64,000 bases of DNA from Macrostomum hystrix (GCA_950097015.1 CATNEN010000001.1:434001-498000); one strand, 5' to 3'; counted from the stretch's first letter, positions 25,301 through 63,947 are shown. Numbers and translations: made by a program. Notes: generated by a model not told the origin, from the letters alone.

Positions 25301-27036
25301 TACAGACTGGAACTAATAATCTCCTTCATCACAGATCCCCTACAGACTGGAACTAATAATCCCCTTCATCACAGATCCCCTACAGACTGGAACTAATAAT
25401 CCCCTTCATCACAGATCCCTAACAGACTGTAACTAATAATCTCCTTCATCACAGATCCCAAACATGACATTGTGGAACAAACCTCGCAAATGACAAAATC
25501 GGGTGTAGGTATGCCGTGTCGCCGCATAAACTGTTTAGAAAAGGCTTTACTCCACTCAATCTCCGAGGCAGCTTTGCCAGGTCCGAATACTGCCACACCG
25601 GCGGACGTCAGGGTGTCTGAGATGCCGCGAGACAGAGGATCCTCAGGCCCTACAAACACCAGATCGATGGCGTTTTCCCTACACCAGGCAGCCAGTTTGG
25701 TGAAATCTTTCAACAAATCGGCGACACCCGGAGGCGGGCGACGAAATTTGGACTCGGGGCCGATTGATGAACCGACTGTGCCCGCGTTGCCAGGTGCAAC
25801 GAACACGCTGCCAACCTTTGGCGATTGGGCCAGCTTCCACGCTACGGCGTGCTCACGACCGCCCGAACCAATCACTAACACAGTGGCCTGCGGATTAGTG
25901 CGGAAATTGCGGCGTTAGTTACTCGGGCGGCTAAAAACATTGGAACTAAATTGCATCTGTCACTCTAGTTTCTCTAACTCTACCATTTTCTGTCACTCTA
26001 CCAGTTTCTGTCACTCTACCAGTTTCTGTCACTCTATCAGTTTCTGTCACTCTACCAGTTTCTGTCACTCTACCAGTTTCTGTCACTCTACCAGTTTCTG
26101 TCACAACCAGTTTCTCTCACTCCACCAGTCACTCTACTAGTCACCCTACCAGTTTCTGTCACTACCAGTTTCTGTCACAACCAGTTTCTCTCACTCTACC
26201 AGTCACCCTACCGGTTTGTCACTCTACCAGTTTCTCTCGCTCTACCAGTCACTCTACCAGTCACCCTACCGGTTTGTCACTCTACCAGTTTCTCTCGCTC
26301 TACCAGTCAGTCTACCAGTCACTCCACCAGTTTGTCACTCTACTAGTTTGATTCTTTCACTCTATCAGTCACTCTACCTATTTCTGTCACTCTACCAGTT
26401 TCTGTCACTCTACTAGTCACTCTACCTATTTCCTTCTGTCAATCTAACCGTTTCTGTCACTCTACCAGTTTGTCACTCTACCAGTATCTGTCATTCTAAA
26501 AGTCACTTTGCCCGTTTCTGTCACTCTGAAAGTTTCTTTCCCTCCACCAGTCACTCCACCAGTTACTGTCACTCTACTAGTTTCTTTCTGTTACACTAAT
26601 TTCTTTTTACAATTAATATTTGTTAATTATCTCTGTCACTCTACAAGCCTACCTCTTTCAATACACGTCTTTTGTATCCTTTTAATGTTCAGTGAAAAAA
26701 ATTATGTGTGTAAAATGGACTGTACCAACAACAATGGAACACAACTTGGGTTATTATCAAAGTATTTAGCCAAACATATTCAACTTGCTACTCTAGATTT
26801 GCTGTTTATTTGTTTGTTGATAAAGAAAAGACAGCTTACATTCCCGTCAAGTTTTTTATAAACCTAGTAAGCAAAGATGTTTAACAGCCTACTATAAACA
26901 GTACTATTTCATAAGGACAAGTGTTCTTGTGCAAGACAAACTGTATAGCAATTATTAGAGAAAAGCGGAATAACACAAAAAACATAAAATTCAAGTATTT
27001 TATATGCTTATTTAAAGGTTTATAGCTTACTGACAT
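16051..27036 (-). CDS. GART: Trifunctional purine biosynthesis protein GARS-AIRS-GART, about 1075 aa; join complement(27031-27036, 25483-25887, 22462-23049, 21814-22182, 20050-20500, 19534-19660, 19022-19259, 17681-18118, 16824-17135, 16051-16344)
   Basis: GARS motifs [45 protein letters not shown]; AIRS motifs [33 protein letters not shown]; GAR transformylase motifs [25 protein letters not shown]. Exon phases are consistent. One AIRS domain only. Exon 1 (Met-Ser) is tentative. Confidence 0.95.
16370..16760. repeat. Perfect 25-bp minisatellite GTTTACAGACAGCTGATAACAGACT, about 15 copies, GART intron 9
   Basis: Identical units. Confidence 0.97.
16824..17135 (-). CDS. GART: GART exon 9 (ALLDF...[11 protein letters not shown])
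   Basis: AAG acceptor, AAG|GTAGGA donor. Confidence 0.9.
17228..17650. repeat. Graded 22-25-bp minisatellite, GART intron 8
   Basis: CTCACTGAGACCCTTCATCTCCCTA -> CTCAATCAAACCCTAGATCTCCCTA -> CTCTAAACTCTAGATCTCGTTA. Confidence 0.9.
17681..18118 (-). CDS. GART: GART exon 8 (VGQLIQ...HITGGG...[11 protein letters not shown])
   Basis: CAG acceptor, CAG|GTGAGT donor. Confidence 0.92.
18340..18760. repeat. Degenerate about 30-bp minisatellite with core TTTCTTAGAAACCTG, GART intron 7
   Basis: Recurring core. Confidence 0.8.
19022..19259 (-). CDS. GART: GART exon 7 (SRLLPR...[11 protein letters not shown]...PTRIYVKQ)
   Basis: CAG acceptor, CAG|GTACAA donor. Confidence 0.9.
19300..19465 (-). mobile_element. 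tRNA-derived CORE-like SINE (family A), degenerate copy in GART intron 6
   Basis: Shares gctaaag.acacaaatt.ttccagt.gagtc.ggaatcgaacccccgacctt with 62040-62270. Confidence 0.75.
19534..19660 (-). CDS. GART: GART exon 6 ([24 protein letters not shown]...)
   Basis: CAG acceptor, AG|GTGAGC donor; not in the ORF track. Confidence 0.92.
20050..20500 (-). CDS. GART: GART exon 5 (linker and AIRS N-terminus: [16 protein letters not shown]...DGVGTKL)
   Basis: CAG acceptor, G|GTAAAT donor. Confidence 0.9.
20580..21775. repeat. 38-bp minisatellite CTAATGACCCTTTCCTCTGAAACTTCAGGCTACTGTTT, GART intron 4
   Basis: Tandem units read directly. Confidence 0.95.
21814..22182 (-). CDS. GART: GART exon 4 (GARS C domain, HAGT...TAGGRV...WRDDI)
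   Basis: CAG acceptor, CAT|GTGAGA donor. Confidence 0.9.
22207..22385. repeat. 17-bp minisatellite GATTTGAGGAAATCATC, GART intron 3
   Basis: Tandem units read directly. Confidence 0.9.
22462..23049 (-). CDS. GART: GART exon 3 (GARS ATP-grasp)
   Basis: CAG acceptor, weak CAG|GTTTTT donor. Confidence 0.9.
23095..25460. repeat. 39-40-bp minisatellite CAGACTGGAACTAATAATCCCCTTCATCACAGATCCCTA(A), GART intron 2
   Basis: About 60 units; internal 1117-bp duplication. Confidence 0.97.
25483..25887 (-). CDS. GART: GART exon 2 ([19 protein letters not shown]...DFVICE)
   Basis: CTAAT branch-like motif and CAG acceptor at 25890-25888; GAG|GTTTGT donor. Confidence 0.92.
25955..26645. repeat. 18-bp minisatellite TCTGTCACTCTACCAGTT, degenerating rightwards, upstream of GART exon 2
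   Basis: Tandem units read directly. Confidence 0.88.
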
Positions 27037-27093
27037 AAATAAACATTGTTAGTATGGTGAAAAAAACGGTTTTTTGAACAGAATTTGACATTA

Positions 27094-27120
27094 TTTAAAT
27101 TGGCGCCGAAACACTTTATA
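27094..27120 (-). promoter_or_regulatory. Candidate GART promoter: TATAAA followed by E2F/CDE-like TTTCGGCG, a 4-nt spacer and CHR-like TTTAAA
   Basis: Motif match only, 60-85 bp upstream of the putative ATG at 27036. Confidence 0.3.
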
Positions 27121-27616
27121 AATAAGCTTACTAAACAACTTTTACTGACGCCTCTGTACTACTTTTTAATAGCCATTAATAGCTTACATTTTTACTAGGC
27201 TCTATAGAGAACTTTAAAGGTCATTTATTGTCTTAGGGACAATTGATTGTCCTTTTGGGATTGCGATGTACTTCTAAGAGTACAGTGGGGTAAGGGATTC
27301 AAATGTACTTTTAGGACTAAAGTGGGACAAGGGATTGAAATGTACTTTCAAGTATAGAATAAGGTCAGAGATTTGAATGTACTTTTAGGACTAAAATATG
27401 GCTGAATGCTCTTTAACCCCTGGTTGTAAGTTTTTATTTCCGTATTAACAGCTTCAGACTGGAGACAATGAGGTCATAAGTTCGAATCTCAGGCTTTTGG
27501 AGATTATGCTAGGGGTCAACTTTTAATTAATAGTTTATATAATAACAATATAACCAGAAGTCTAGACAAGCATTCCCCCTTAACAAAATGAGCCAGCCAA
27601 TCAGCGACTAGCAAAT

Positions 27617-30213
27617 TCACGCCTCCTCCATGCTGGCCTCCTCAGCTTGGCCAGCAGCGGCTTCATCGGTGCCGCTTCCAGCTCTGGCCGGATCGTCGCC
27701 AAAATTTGACGATTGCACCGCGTCGCCACCGATTGGCGGCTCCTCGCGAATCAAAGCCAGATAGGGCTCAACTGCGGCGTCTTCGTAGACTGTGAAATTC
27801 AAATCCCTGCCGACTAGAGCTACGGAGCAGTTCTTCACGCTGAGTTCCATCTCGTTTGGCAGGGTGTTGCGCAGCGCGATTAGCCCGTGCCTTTGAATGG
27901 TTTGAGGATGGGAGAGTCGTGAACAATAGGGATAATAATGAGATAAATTGTGGGGTGAAATGGTAAGAAAAGTTGATAAGAAGGAGGTAACAAATGAAGG
28001 TCACCAAGAGGTAACAAATGAAGGTTATCAAGATGTACTCGTAAGAGGTAGCAAAAGAAGGTCCCTAAGGTAACAAATGAAGGTCACTAAGGTAACAAAT
28101 GAAGGTCAATAAGAGGTTACAAATGAAGGTCAATAAGAGGTTACAAATGAAGGTCACTATAAGGTAACAAATGAAGGTCATAGAAGGTAACAAGTTAAGG
28201 TCACTATGAGGTAACAAATGAAGGTCATAGAAGGTAACAAGTAAAGGTCACTATGAGGTAACAAATGAAGGTCATAGAAGGTAACAAGTTAAGGTCACTA
28301 TGCGGTAACAAATGAAGGTCCTAGAAGGTAACAAGTTAAGGTCACTATGAGGTAAGAAATGAAGGTCATAGAAGGTAACAAGTTAAGGTCACTATGAGGT
28401 AACAAATGAAGGTGCTAGAAGGTAACAAGTTAAGGTCACTATGAGGTAACAAATGAAGGTCATAGAAGGTAACAAGTTAAGGTCACTATGAGGTAACAAA
28501 TGAAGGTCATAGAAGGTAATAAGTTAAGGTCACTATGAGGTAACAAATGAAGGTCATAGAAGGTAACAAGTAAAGGTCACTATGAGGTAACAAATGAAGG
28601 TCATAGAAGGTAACAAGTTAAGGTCACTATGAGGTAACAAATGAAGGTCATAGAAGGTAACAAGTTAAGGTCATATAAGGTAACAAGTTAAGGTCAAGGA
28701 AGGTAAAAAAATTGGGTCATGGAAGTTGAATCTAAGGAAGGTCAAGGAAGGTAAAAAATGAAGTTCATTTGAAGTAAATGAGTGCCGCACTTGCATAGAG
28801 GCAGCAATATTAATTGGAGGTCAAACGAATGTAAGAAACGGAGATTCTATTATAAGCAATGAGCTCACTTAATAAGCTCCTCTGGTGTAGCGGTGCAGGT
28901 AATCTCATCTAGTCGACTCTCCAAATAGGTTCTAGCCGACTGAGACCTAGCCCCGATGGCGATAGACTTGCAATCGTAATAATTAGCCGAAGGGCACTGG
29001 TAGAAGACGCGCGGGCCAATGCCGACATCGTAACCGGCGATAAGTAGGCCGACGCCGAACGGCCTCTTGCCGTACACCTGCGTTGGCACCTGCAGTTTAG
29101 ATGCCAGATTATCCACTAGGCGGCTAACAGTCAGCGGACTATCATAGGCCCAACGATGATTGAAGCATTCGTCGCGAGCGAATCGGCTTAGAACTTGTCC
29201 GTCGGCTGTCAGACCGGCGATTGAGAGGCCGATGTGGCTGTCGATCTGGGGGGGGGATTGGATTGAGTCATTTGCTTGATATTTTCGAATTCGAGATGAT
29301 CCAAATCTTCGAATTAAATATAACTATCTGCCTAATCTCTAGTTAAATTTAAGTTAATCATTAAATACTTTATCTCTCTTCGAATTAATGCTCATTAACA
29401 GTAGGACTACCAAGCCAGTTTGCCGCCCGTTTTTATACCAAGGGGGGGGGGATCCCCCCTGAGAACATTTTTTGGCAGCGCCTGAAAGCTAACCGCGTAG
29501 GGTGGTGACTGATTGGTTGACAGACTAGGCGATGGTGTACTGTAGTTGATCTGCGCCTAATATGTAGGCTTCAGCAGTGAAATTTTAGAAATTCGCGTCA
29601 GGGTGACTAGACTGGCCTATTTCCACATTTTTTGCATTTGAAGGTCCCGCAGTCCGTCTAGATAAAGGTAAGTGACCACCAAAGACGGAGATGATGCAGG
29701 CACATTCGGGTGACATGCTGATAAATTTTGAAGGCCTGGCAAGGCCGCACTGAGGCGCAGTGCAAATTCGTGTATAGTGGTGTATGAAATACACTAGCTC
29801 TTATGGGAAAAATCGGACCTTCAGCCAGAAACATTGAATATCTCGACGGTCTGAAGAGCTGGCGACTTGTTTCTTGTTTCAGAAGATGCGCAACAAAAAG
29901 TTGGCCCGTGTTCTTGAGTTTTGTGTGCTTGCATTGTTCCGTTCGGGTGCAGCAAAAAAAATTGTCAGTGGGGGAAAAATCCCCCCTTGGTAGTTCTACT
30001 GTTAATCTGCTTGCTTACCGGTATAATCTTCTTTTGAAAGGAGGACAACTCGGAGGGAGCACGTTTCAGTGCAACCAGTGCAGCGTGGGTCGCATTCTTA
30101 ACGCCGACAGTGGCCGAACCCTGTTTAACAGCCTCCATTGCATATTCAATCTGATGAATGCGTCCCTGTGGACTAAATATGGTCACATCGTGGTCATACT
30201 GGTTGCGAAACAT
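27617..30213 (-). CDS. PSMA1: Proteasome 20S subunit alpha type-1, 281 aa; join complement(30019-30213, 28869-29245, 27617-27890)
   Basis: [35 protein letters not shown]-terminus, [59 protein letters not shown]; splice phases consistent. Confidence 0.96.
27985..28760. repeat. 47-bp dimeric minisatellite GAGGTAACAAATGAAGGTCATAGAAGGTAACAAGTTAAGGTCACTAT, PSMA1 intron 2
   Basis: Two related subunits alternate. Confidence 0.92.
29399..30001. mobile_element. Non-autonomous DNA transposon (MITE), 603 bp, flanked by TTAA, in PSMA1 intron 1
   Basis: TIRs CAGTAGGACTACCAAG / CTTGGTAGTTCTACTG (1 mismatch in 16); TTAA at 29395-29398 and 30002-30005. Confidence 0.7.
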
Positions 30214-30339
30214 GATTGATAGAGTTGGTTTTCAGTGAACTATTATTGAAAAATGAAGGTAGACAAGTAGGCTAATATCTGAAAGTAGAAGAAAATACAT
30301 TTCAGCAATTAAAATAATAGTAAAAAATAACAATCATTA

Positions 30340-30625
30340 ATTACACCTGCCCCAGTTGGGTCAGATGTGCAGCCACAGCTATAGCTATTGCAAGGTGCAT
30401 CTGAAGGTAGCATATAGCTGTTGACTGCCATGGTCTGGGGGATACCATACCCACCCTCAATTATCCCAGCTAATGCCAGCAGCTATGCAATCAACAGCCA
30501 GGTTAACTCAAGCAATACAGAGTAAAGTGTCTTGCTAAAGGACACTGTTAAATGGCTCCTGTGGAATCAAACCCCTGACCTTTAAGTTGTGAGAGTCTGA
30601 TGGTCTAACCACAAGGCTACTACCT
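30340..30625 (-). mobile_element. tRNA-derived CORE-like SINE (family A) upstream of PSMA1
   Basis: Shares ccaccctcaatta.cccagctaatgc and aagtgtcttgctaaaggacac with the 62 kb copy. Confidence 0.75.
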
Positions 30626-32039
30626 GATTTAAATCAAACACCTTAACTTAATAAGATACAATAATTTGTGAATAAAATATGGATATACTGATCAGGTGGG
30701 TAGACAAAACAGATCTAAGAGATTTAGTAGTGTGAAGTTAGATTTAAGTTTTCTAACTTGAATAAAAGATGTAACCATATATTATAAAATACATAATTAT
30801 TTTTTATTGGCTCTAGAACATATAAATAAATTAGCTATTAAAATGCCTTTTTATAATTTTAATAGTACAATACAAATATAAATTAGGTTTTGTTAACCTT
30901 AGATATGGTTTGGTGTAAGAGCTAAAGACTAAAACTTGATATGGATTTAGTAACAATAGCAAATATATATTTTTTATTTTAAAATCATATTTAAAAGCAC
31001 ATTGCTATAGCTAGAACCTACAACTAAAAATATAACAAAACAACAAAACAAAAAGTTATGATGGACTATAACTGATTATTTTATGGGTCAAACTAAACTA
31101 AGATATAACTTACAACTTGATAATAGATAATAATCTATTAATCTATTATCTATTATCTATTTGTTTACATGTTTACATGGTTAAAATATATACAAAATAA
31201 ATTAATAAAAATTATATGCTTTTTTAAGTCTACCTAGTGCTACTAGTTATTATTTCTTACCATTTACAATGTAAAAATGAACAAAAACACAACTAGATGG
31301 ACTTAAGTCTTTTTGTAGCTCTTTTATACATAGTCTTGCCATGTAGTAGCTAGATACAAGTCTTAAAACTAGAGTAATATATCAAAAATGTTCTTAGTGT
31401 AGAAGAATAACCAAATGTAATAATAGTATTTGATTTATCAACTTCAAAGAAATGACCCTTTTCTAAACTTGCTGATAATAGTAAAAAGGCTATTTTGTCA
31501 ATGGCCAAACCCTAAAACTGTCACATTGACTGATATGACTATTTTACTGTGTTATAATGTGAGATATAGCAAGTCCTTATATTATCATATTGAATTTTAA
31601 TTTGTTCTTGGACTGTACAAATAAATTCATTGTGGTTTTACAATGATTTCCTATGTATCTTTTTTATGTGTGACAACTGAATGCACAAAAACTATGAAAA
31701 CTATCTAGACCATACCAGACTACATTGACATAGGCCATAGCTTATATGATGATTGCCTATAGAAACAATAATATTTCTTTTAAAATATTCTTCACTGTGG
31801 AAATGAATTTTACTAACAAAGGAAGTAGTAGATAAGATTAGAGTAGGTTTTAAAATTATCAAGAGCTAGACTTTAGAACTTCAAGGGCTGCGTAATATAT
31901 ATGAAGTGCATGTTAATGATCATCATGACTGCAGATCATTCAATGAGAGTAACATTAAGAATATAGTAAGTCCATGAAACTTAAACAAGTGTTGATTAAT
32001 TGATTTGTAATGATAAAGCATAGGAGTCTGTTGTTGCCA

Positions 32040-32837
32040 TGGTCCCAGGTCATTTCAGTGACAAGACATTTTGGTGAAAACTCAAGTAATTTTAGTGACA
32101 CAATTGGTCAGATTGGTGACAACTATTTTTGCACCTAAATATGCTAAAATACAGCCTTCCATTTGAACTAAACACACTTATAAAGTATTATTAAATAATG
32201 CTTTAAATATTAATAAGAATCTGCATCACTCTGATCAAGTCTGGGTTGTACTTTAAATGAGTTAAATGATTAAACTATTTAATGAGTAGTCAATAGTTTC
32301 AATAGTTATTCGTTCCTAATTGAATGTGTATAATAATCTTTTTTCAAGTTTTGGATTGACAAGGCGAGCGGAGGCTTTAAGCAGCTGCTAGATTGTGTGA
32401 CTTCCATCCTCAAATTCTGCCCAGTAGTGAAAAAGCCACAACTGCACTGTTCTGTAAGCCAGCCGTTGCTCTTGGCATAGCACTCCTCTGGATAGAATTT
32501 GCACCTGAAGTAGGAAAAATGCCACCTTTTTAACTGTTTGAAAAAACTGTTTGAATCTTCTTAAGCTAATTTGCTATTTGTTCAAGTAGAAAGTATCCAA
32601 ACTACTCAAAAGTACCATTAGAAAGTAAAGAAATGAAGACCTTCAACTGGCACCACACATTGATTAAAACAAATTCATAATTATTATTTAATAATCCTTT
32701 GGCTTTATAGGTGTGTATAGTTCACATGGAAGGCTGTTTTCTCAGCATAGGCCTATTTAGGTGCAAAAATAGTTGTGACCAAACTGACCAATCCTGTCAC
32801 CAAAATAATGTCTTGTCACCGAAATGACCTGGGACCA
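32040..32837. mobile_element. Non-autonomous DNA transposon with about 100-bp TIRs (possibly MULE-derived)
   Basis: TIRs TGGTCCCAGGTCATTTC...CAACTATTTTTGCACCTAAATA at both ends; direct repeat TTGCCA at 32034-32039 and 32838-32843. Confidence 0.85.
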
Positions 32838-32943
32838 TTGCCACAGTGGTTGTCTAAGTCAGCTGTCATTAGTGAGCTATTGTTCAGGCAGTTGAGGTGT
32901 AGGCATTTAGACATTTAGCCATAGTCCAGATCATGTTCGGTGC

Positions 32944-33224
32944 CATACATGCGCAACACCCAGCCAACCCAGCTGAACCGGCCGGGTGAAATGAGGGCCA
33001 AGCAAGGTAAGTCGCAAAAACCAATCAACCAAGTGCAAAAAAATCAAAGGGGGGACCAAGGGACAAAAAAAGAAGGCGTGAAGAAAAGGAAAAAGGGGAA
33101 AGAAAAAGAGAGCAAATGAGAGCAAACTAAGTCAGAAATAGAGCAATGAAACGAACTAAGTCGCAAATGAGAGCAAAAACTAAGTCACACGGCCGGCTAA
33201 GATTTGGGAGGTTGCGCATGTATG
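32944..33224. mobile_element. hAT-type MITE, 281 bp
   Basis: Perfect 14-bp TIR CATACATGCGCAAC / GTTGCGCATGTATG; 8-bp TSD TTCGGTGC / TTGGGTGC (1 mismatch). Confidence 0.8.
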
Positions 33225-34291
33225 TTGGGTGCACACCAAAAATGGGGGAAATTAGATTTGCACAAAAAGGTTAGACAGTTTTTTAATTGCACACTAGCCA
33301 GTGCATGCCAAAGTTCATACTAGGCCTAACTTATTTAAATATACAATGCAAGTAATGCAACCATCCCAAAGGCAAAGCATGCCAGAAAATTCCTGCATGC
33401 ACTACGTCATCCAGACTATGGGCATTCAGTTATCATGTAGTCAGTTGCTTCATAGTCAGTTAAGGCATAGGCCTAGTCAATGTATGCAGTTAAGTGTAGG
33501 CGATTGTGTCAATTCTCATACCACCATTTATTTAATAAAACTAAAAAATGGTTATCAAAAGAGTAGTAGAACCTAATTTGTAGGTTTGGCTCAAAGCATA
33601 CAATTTATGCTTTTATTAAAAAAATATGTTTGGTCTAGACAAAAGACAAGGCAAGGCAATGTAGGCAATGTATAGGCAATGTATATTCCCATTGAAATAT
33701 ATGGTATTATGGCATAGTGTGGTCTGGTGTTGCATGGTACGTAAATAGCTAGTTGGTTATGATTTTGCTAGCTATGACCTATGATTTCGTAGCCTATTTC
33801 TTATCTTGCTGACAGCGTTTTAGTCGGTTTTGTTAGATTTATAATTCTGATTTCGTATTTAACGAACTTAAAAAGTGCTAAATACTTTTGCAGCTTAACA
33901 AATATGGTTAAAATATTTGACGCAAAATTATGTTACGAATTTTTTTAGCTTTTTTAATAAATTTATTTTTTTATTTTAGATTTTATTAAGCAAAAATTCT
34001 CAAAACTTGTTTTTAAAGCATATCATGAACTTTCACGATAACTTCCACCAATCAGATTAGCGAGTAAAATTGCTTCACTATTATATTACTACTTGCGGCA
34101 CAGATCGCTCTGAGCGTCGAGCTATCGAGATTTAGAACCCACAGAAGTAACGAGGCTAAATCTATTATTGCACATGCCTGTTTAGTTCTGAGAAAACATT
34201 TAGCGCATCAATTTTACTGGTCTATTGGCCACAATTTCCCAACAACTTCCCTTTCTTGTTCTGCATTTAGGAAAAAACTATTTTTTTCACA

Positions 34292-62338
<28,047 letters not shown>

Positions 62339-62384
62339 GTGAGCAAACTGGACTTTTGCTTTGCAAACTACCCGTCTGTCACTG

Positions 62385-63340
62385 TCTCTTTCTACCTGTC
62401 TTTCTCTGCCTGTCCTTCTCTGCCTGTCCTTCTCTGCCTGTCCTTCTCTACCTGACCTTCTCTGCCTGTCCTTCTCTACCTGTCCTTCTCTGCCTGTCCT
62501 TCTCTACCTGACCTTCTCTGCCTGTTCTTCTCTACCTGACCTTCTCTGCCTGACCTTCTCTGCCTGTCCATCTCTACCTGTCCTTCTCTACCTGTCCTTC
62601 TCTGCCTGTCCTTCTCTACCTGACCTTCTCTGCCTGACCTTCTCTACCTGTCCTTCTCTGCCTGTCCTTCTCTGCCTGTCCTTCTTTACCTGTCCTTCTC
62701 TACCTGACCTTCTCTGCCTGTCCTTCTCTACCTGTCCTTCTCTGCCTGTCCTTCTCTACCTGTCCATCTCTACCTGTCCTTCTCTACCTGTCCTTCTCTG
62801 CCTGTCCTTCTCTACCTGACCTTCTCTGCCTGTCCTTCTCTACCTGTCCTTCTCTGCCTGTCCTTCTCTGCCTGTCCTTCTTTACCTGTCCTTCTCTACC
62901 TGACCTTCTCTGCCTGTCCTTCTCTACCTGTCCTTCTCTGCCTGTCCTTCTCTACCTGACCTCTGCCTGTCCTTCTCTACCTGTCCTTCTCTGCCTGTCC
63001 TTCTCTACCTGTCCATCTCTACCTGTCCTTCTCTACCTGTCCTTCTCTGCCTGTCCTTCTCTACCTGACCTTCTCTGCCTGACCTTCTCTACCTGTCCTT
63101 CTCTACCTGTCCTTCTCTACCTGTCCTTCTCTGCCTGTCCTTCTCTACCTGACCTTCTCTGCCTGACCTTCTCTACCTGTCCTTCTCTGCCTGTCCTTCT
63201 CTGCCTGTCCTTCTTTACCTGTCCTTCTCTACCTGACCTTCTCTGCCTGTCCTTCTCTACCTGTCCTTCTCTGCCTGTCCTTCTCTACCTGACCTTCTCT
63301 GCCTGTCCTTCTCTACCTGTCCTTCTCTGCCTGTCCTTCA
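62385..63340. repeat. 16-bp minisatellite CTCT(A/G)CCTG(T/A)CCTT-type, Musashi intron 7
   Basis: Tandem units read directly. Confidence 0.95.
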
Positions 63341-63947
63341 CCCTTTGTCCGTTAAGTCTTTGAAGTACAGTCAGTTTGCTAACGATAAAACAAATAATTT
63401 CAAGACACAAATTTCTCTGTCTCACTAAGACACAAAAGTCTTAGCTACTGGTTGTTTCATTTATATCGTTCTAGTCTAAAGAAATATACTGGCATTATTG
63501 TTTCATCTCGCAATGGCTTCTGCAGTTCTAAGCCATTTTTCTATAAACAATAAGGCAACTAAAATCAATACTATAGAGCAACGCACTAAAGAAGCAGAAA
63601 CAGCTGCCTTGGAAAAATGTCTGCTACACCATGTTGATGTTTATAGTAGCTGTATTGGCTTTGATGAATGCCAGACAACAGATCATCATTGCATTTATGT
63701 GCATTATTCACTGGAATAAACTCATTTTTATTACTGTTGCAGTATTGTTAGTTATTGCTTAACTGTTCAGTTTTATAAGGCTAAAAAACTCAATATCAGT
63801 CTCATGTGTATCCCATTCTGAGATATGTTAATTTTTGTCTGTTTGTGAACTCAAATTAGGTTAAATCTTTTTACGCTGCCAAAATCACACGACACTTACC
63901 GAAAAAGCACTTCTACTTGCCATTACTCTTTAGAGATTATCCATTGG

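Noticed and set aside
20580-25460. 25-40-bp repeat arrays as CRISPR arrays
   Set aside because: Units are contiguous with no unique spacers, no cas genes are present, and the arrays sit in spliceosomal introns.
16051-27036. GART as a horizontally acquired bacterial purD/purM/purN cluster
   Set aside because: It is a single spliced GARS-AIRS-GART fusion in the standard animal domain order.
8430-28760. Idea that arrays with donor-like GTGAG/GTAAG motifs are always antisense to the host gene
   Set aside because: True for several arrays, but 17228-17450 and 50265-50610 carry GTGAGT on the sense strand.
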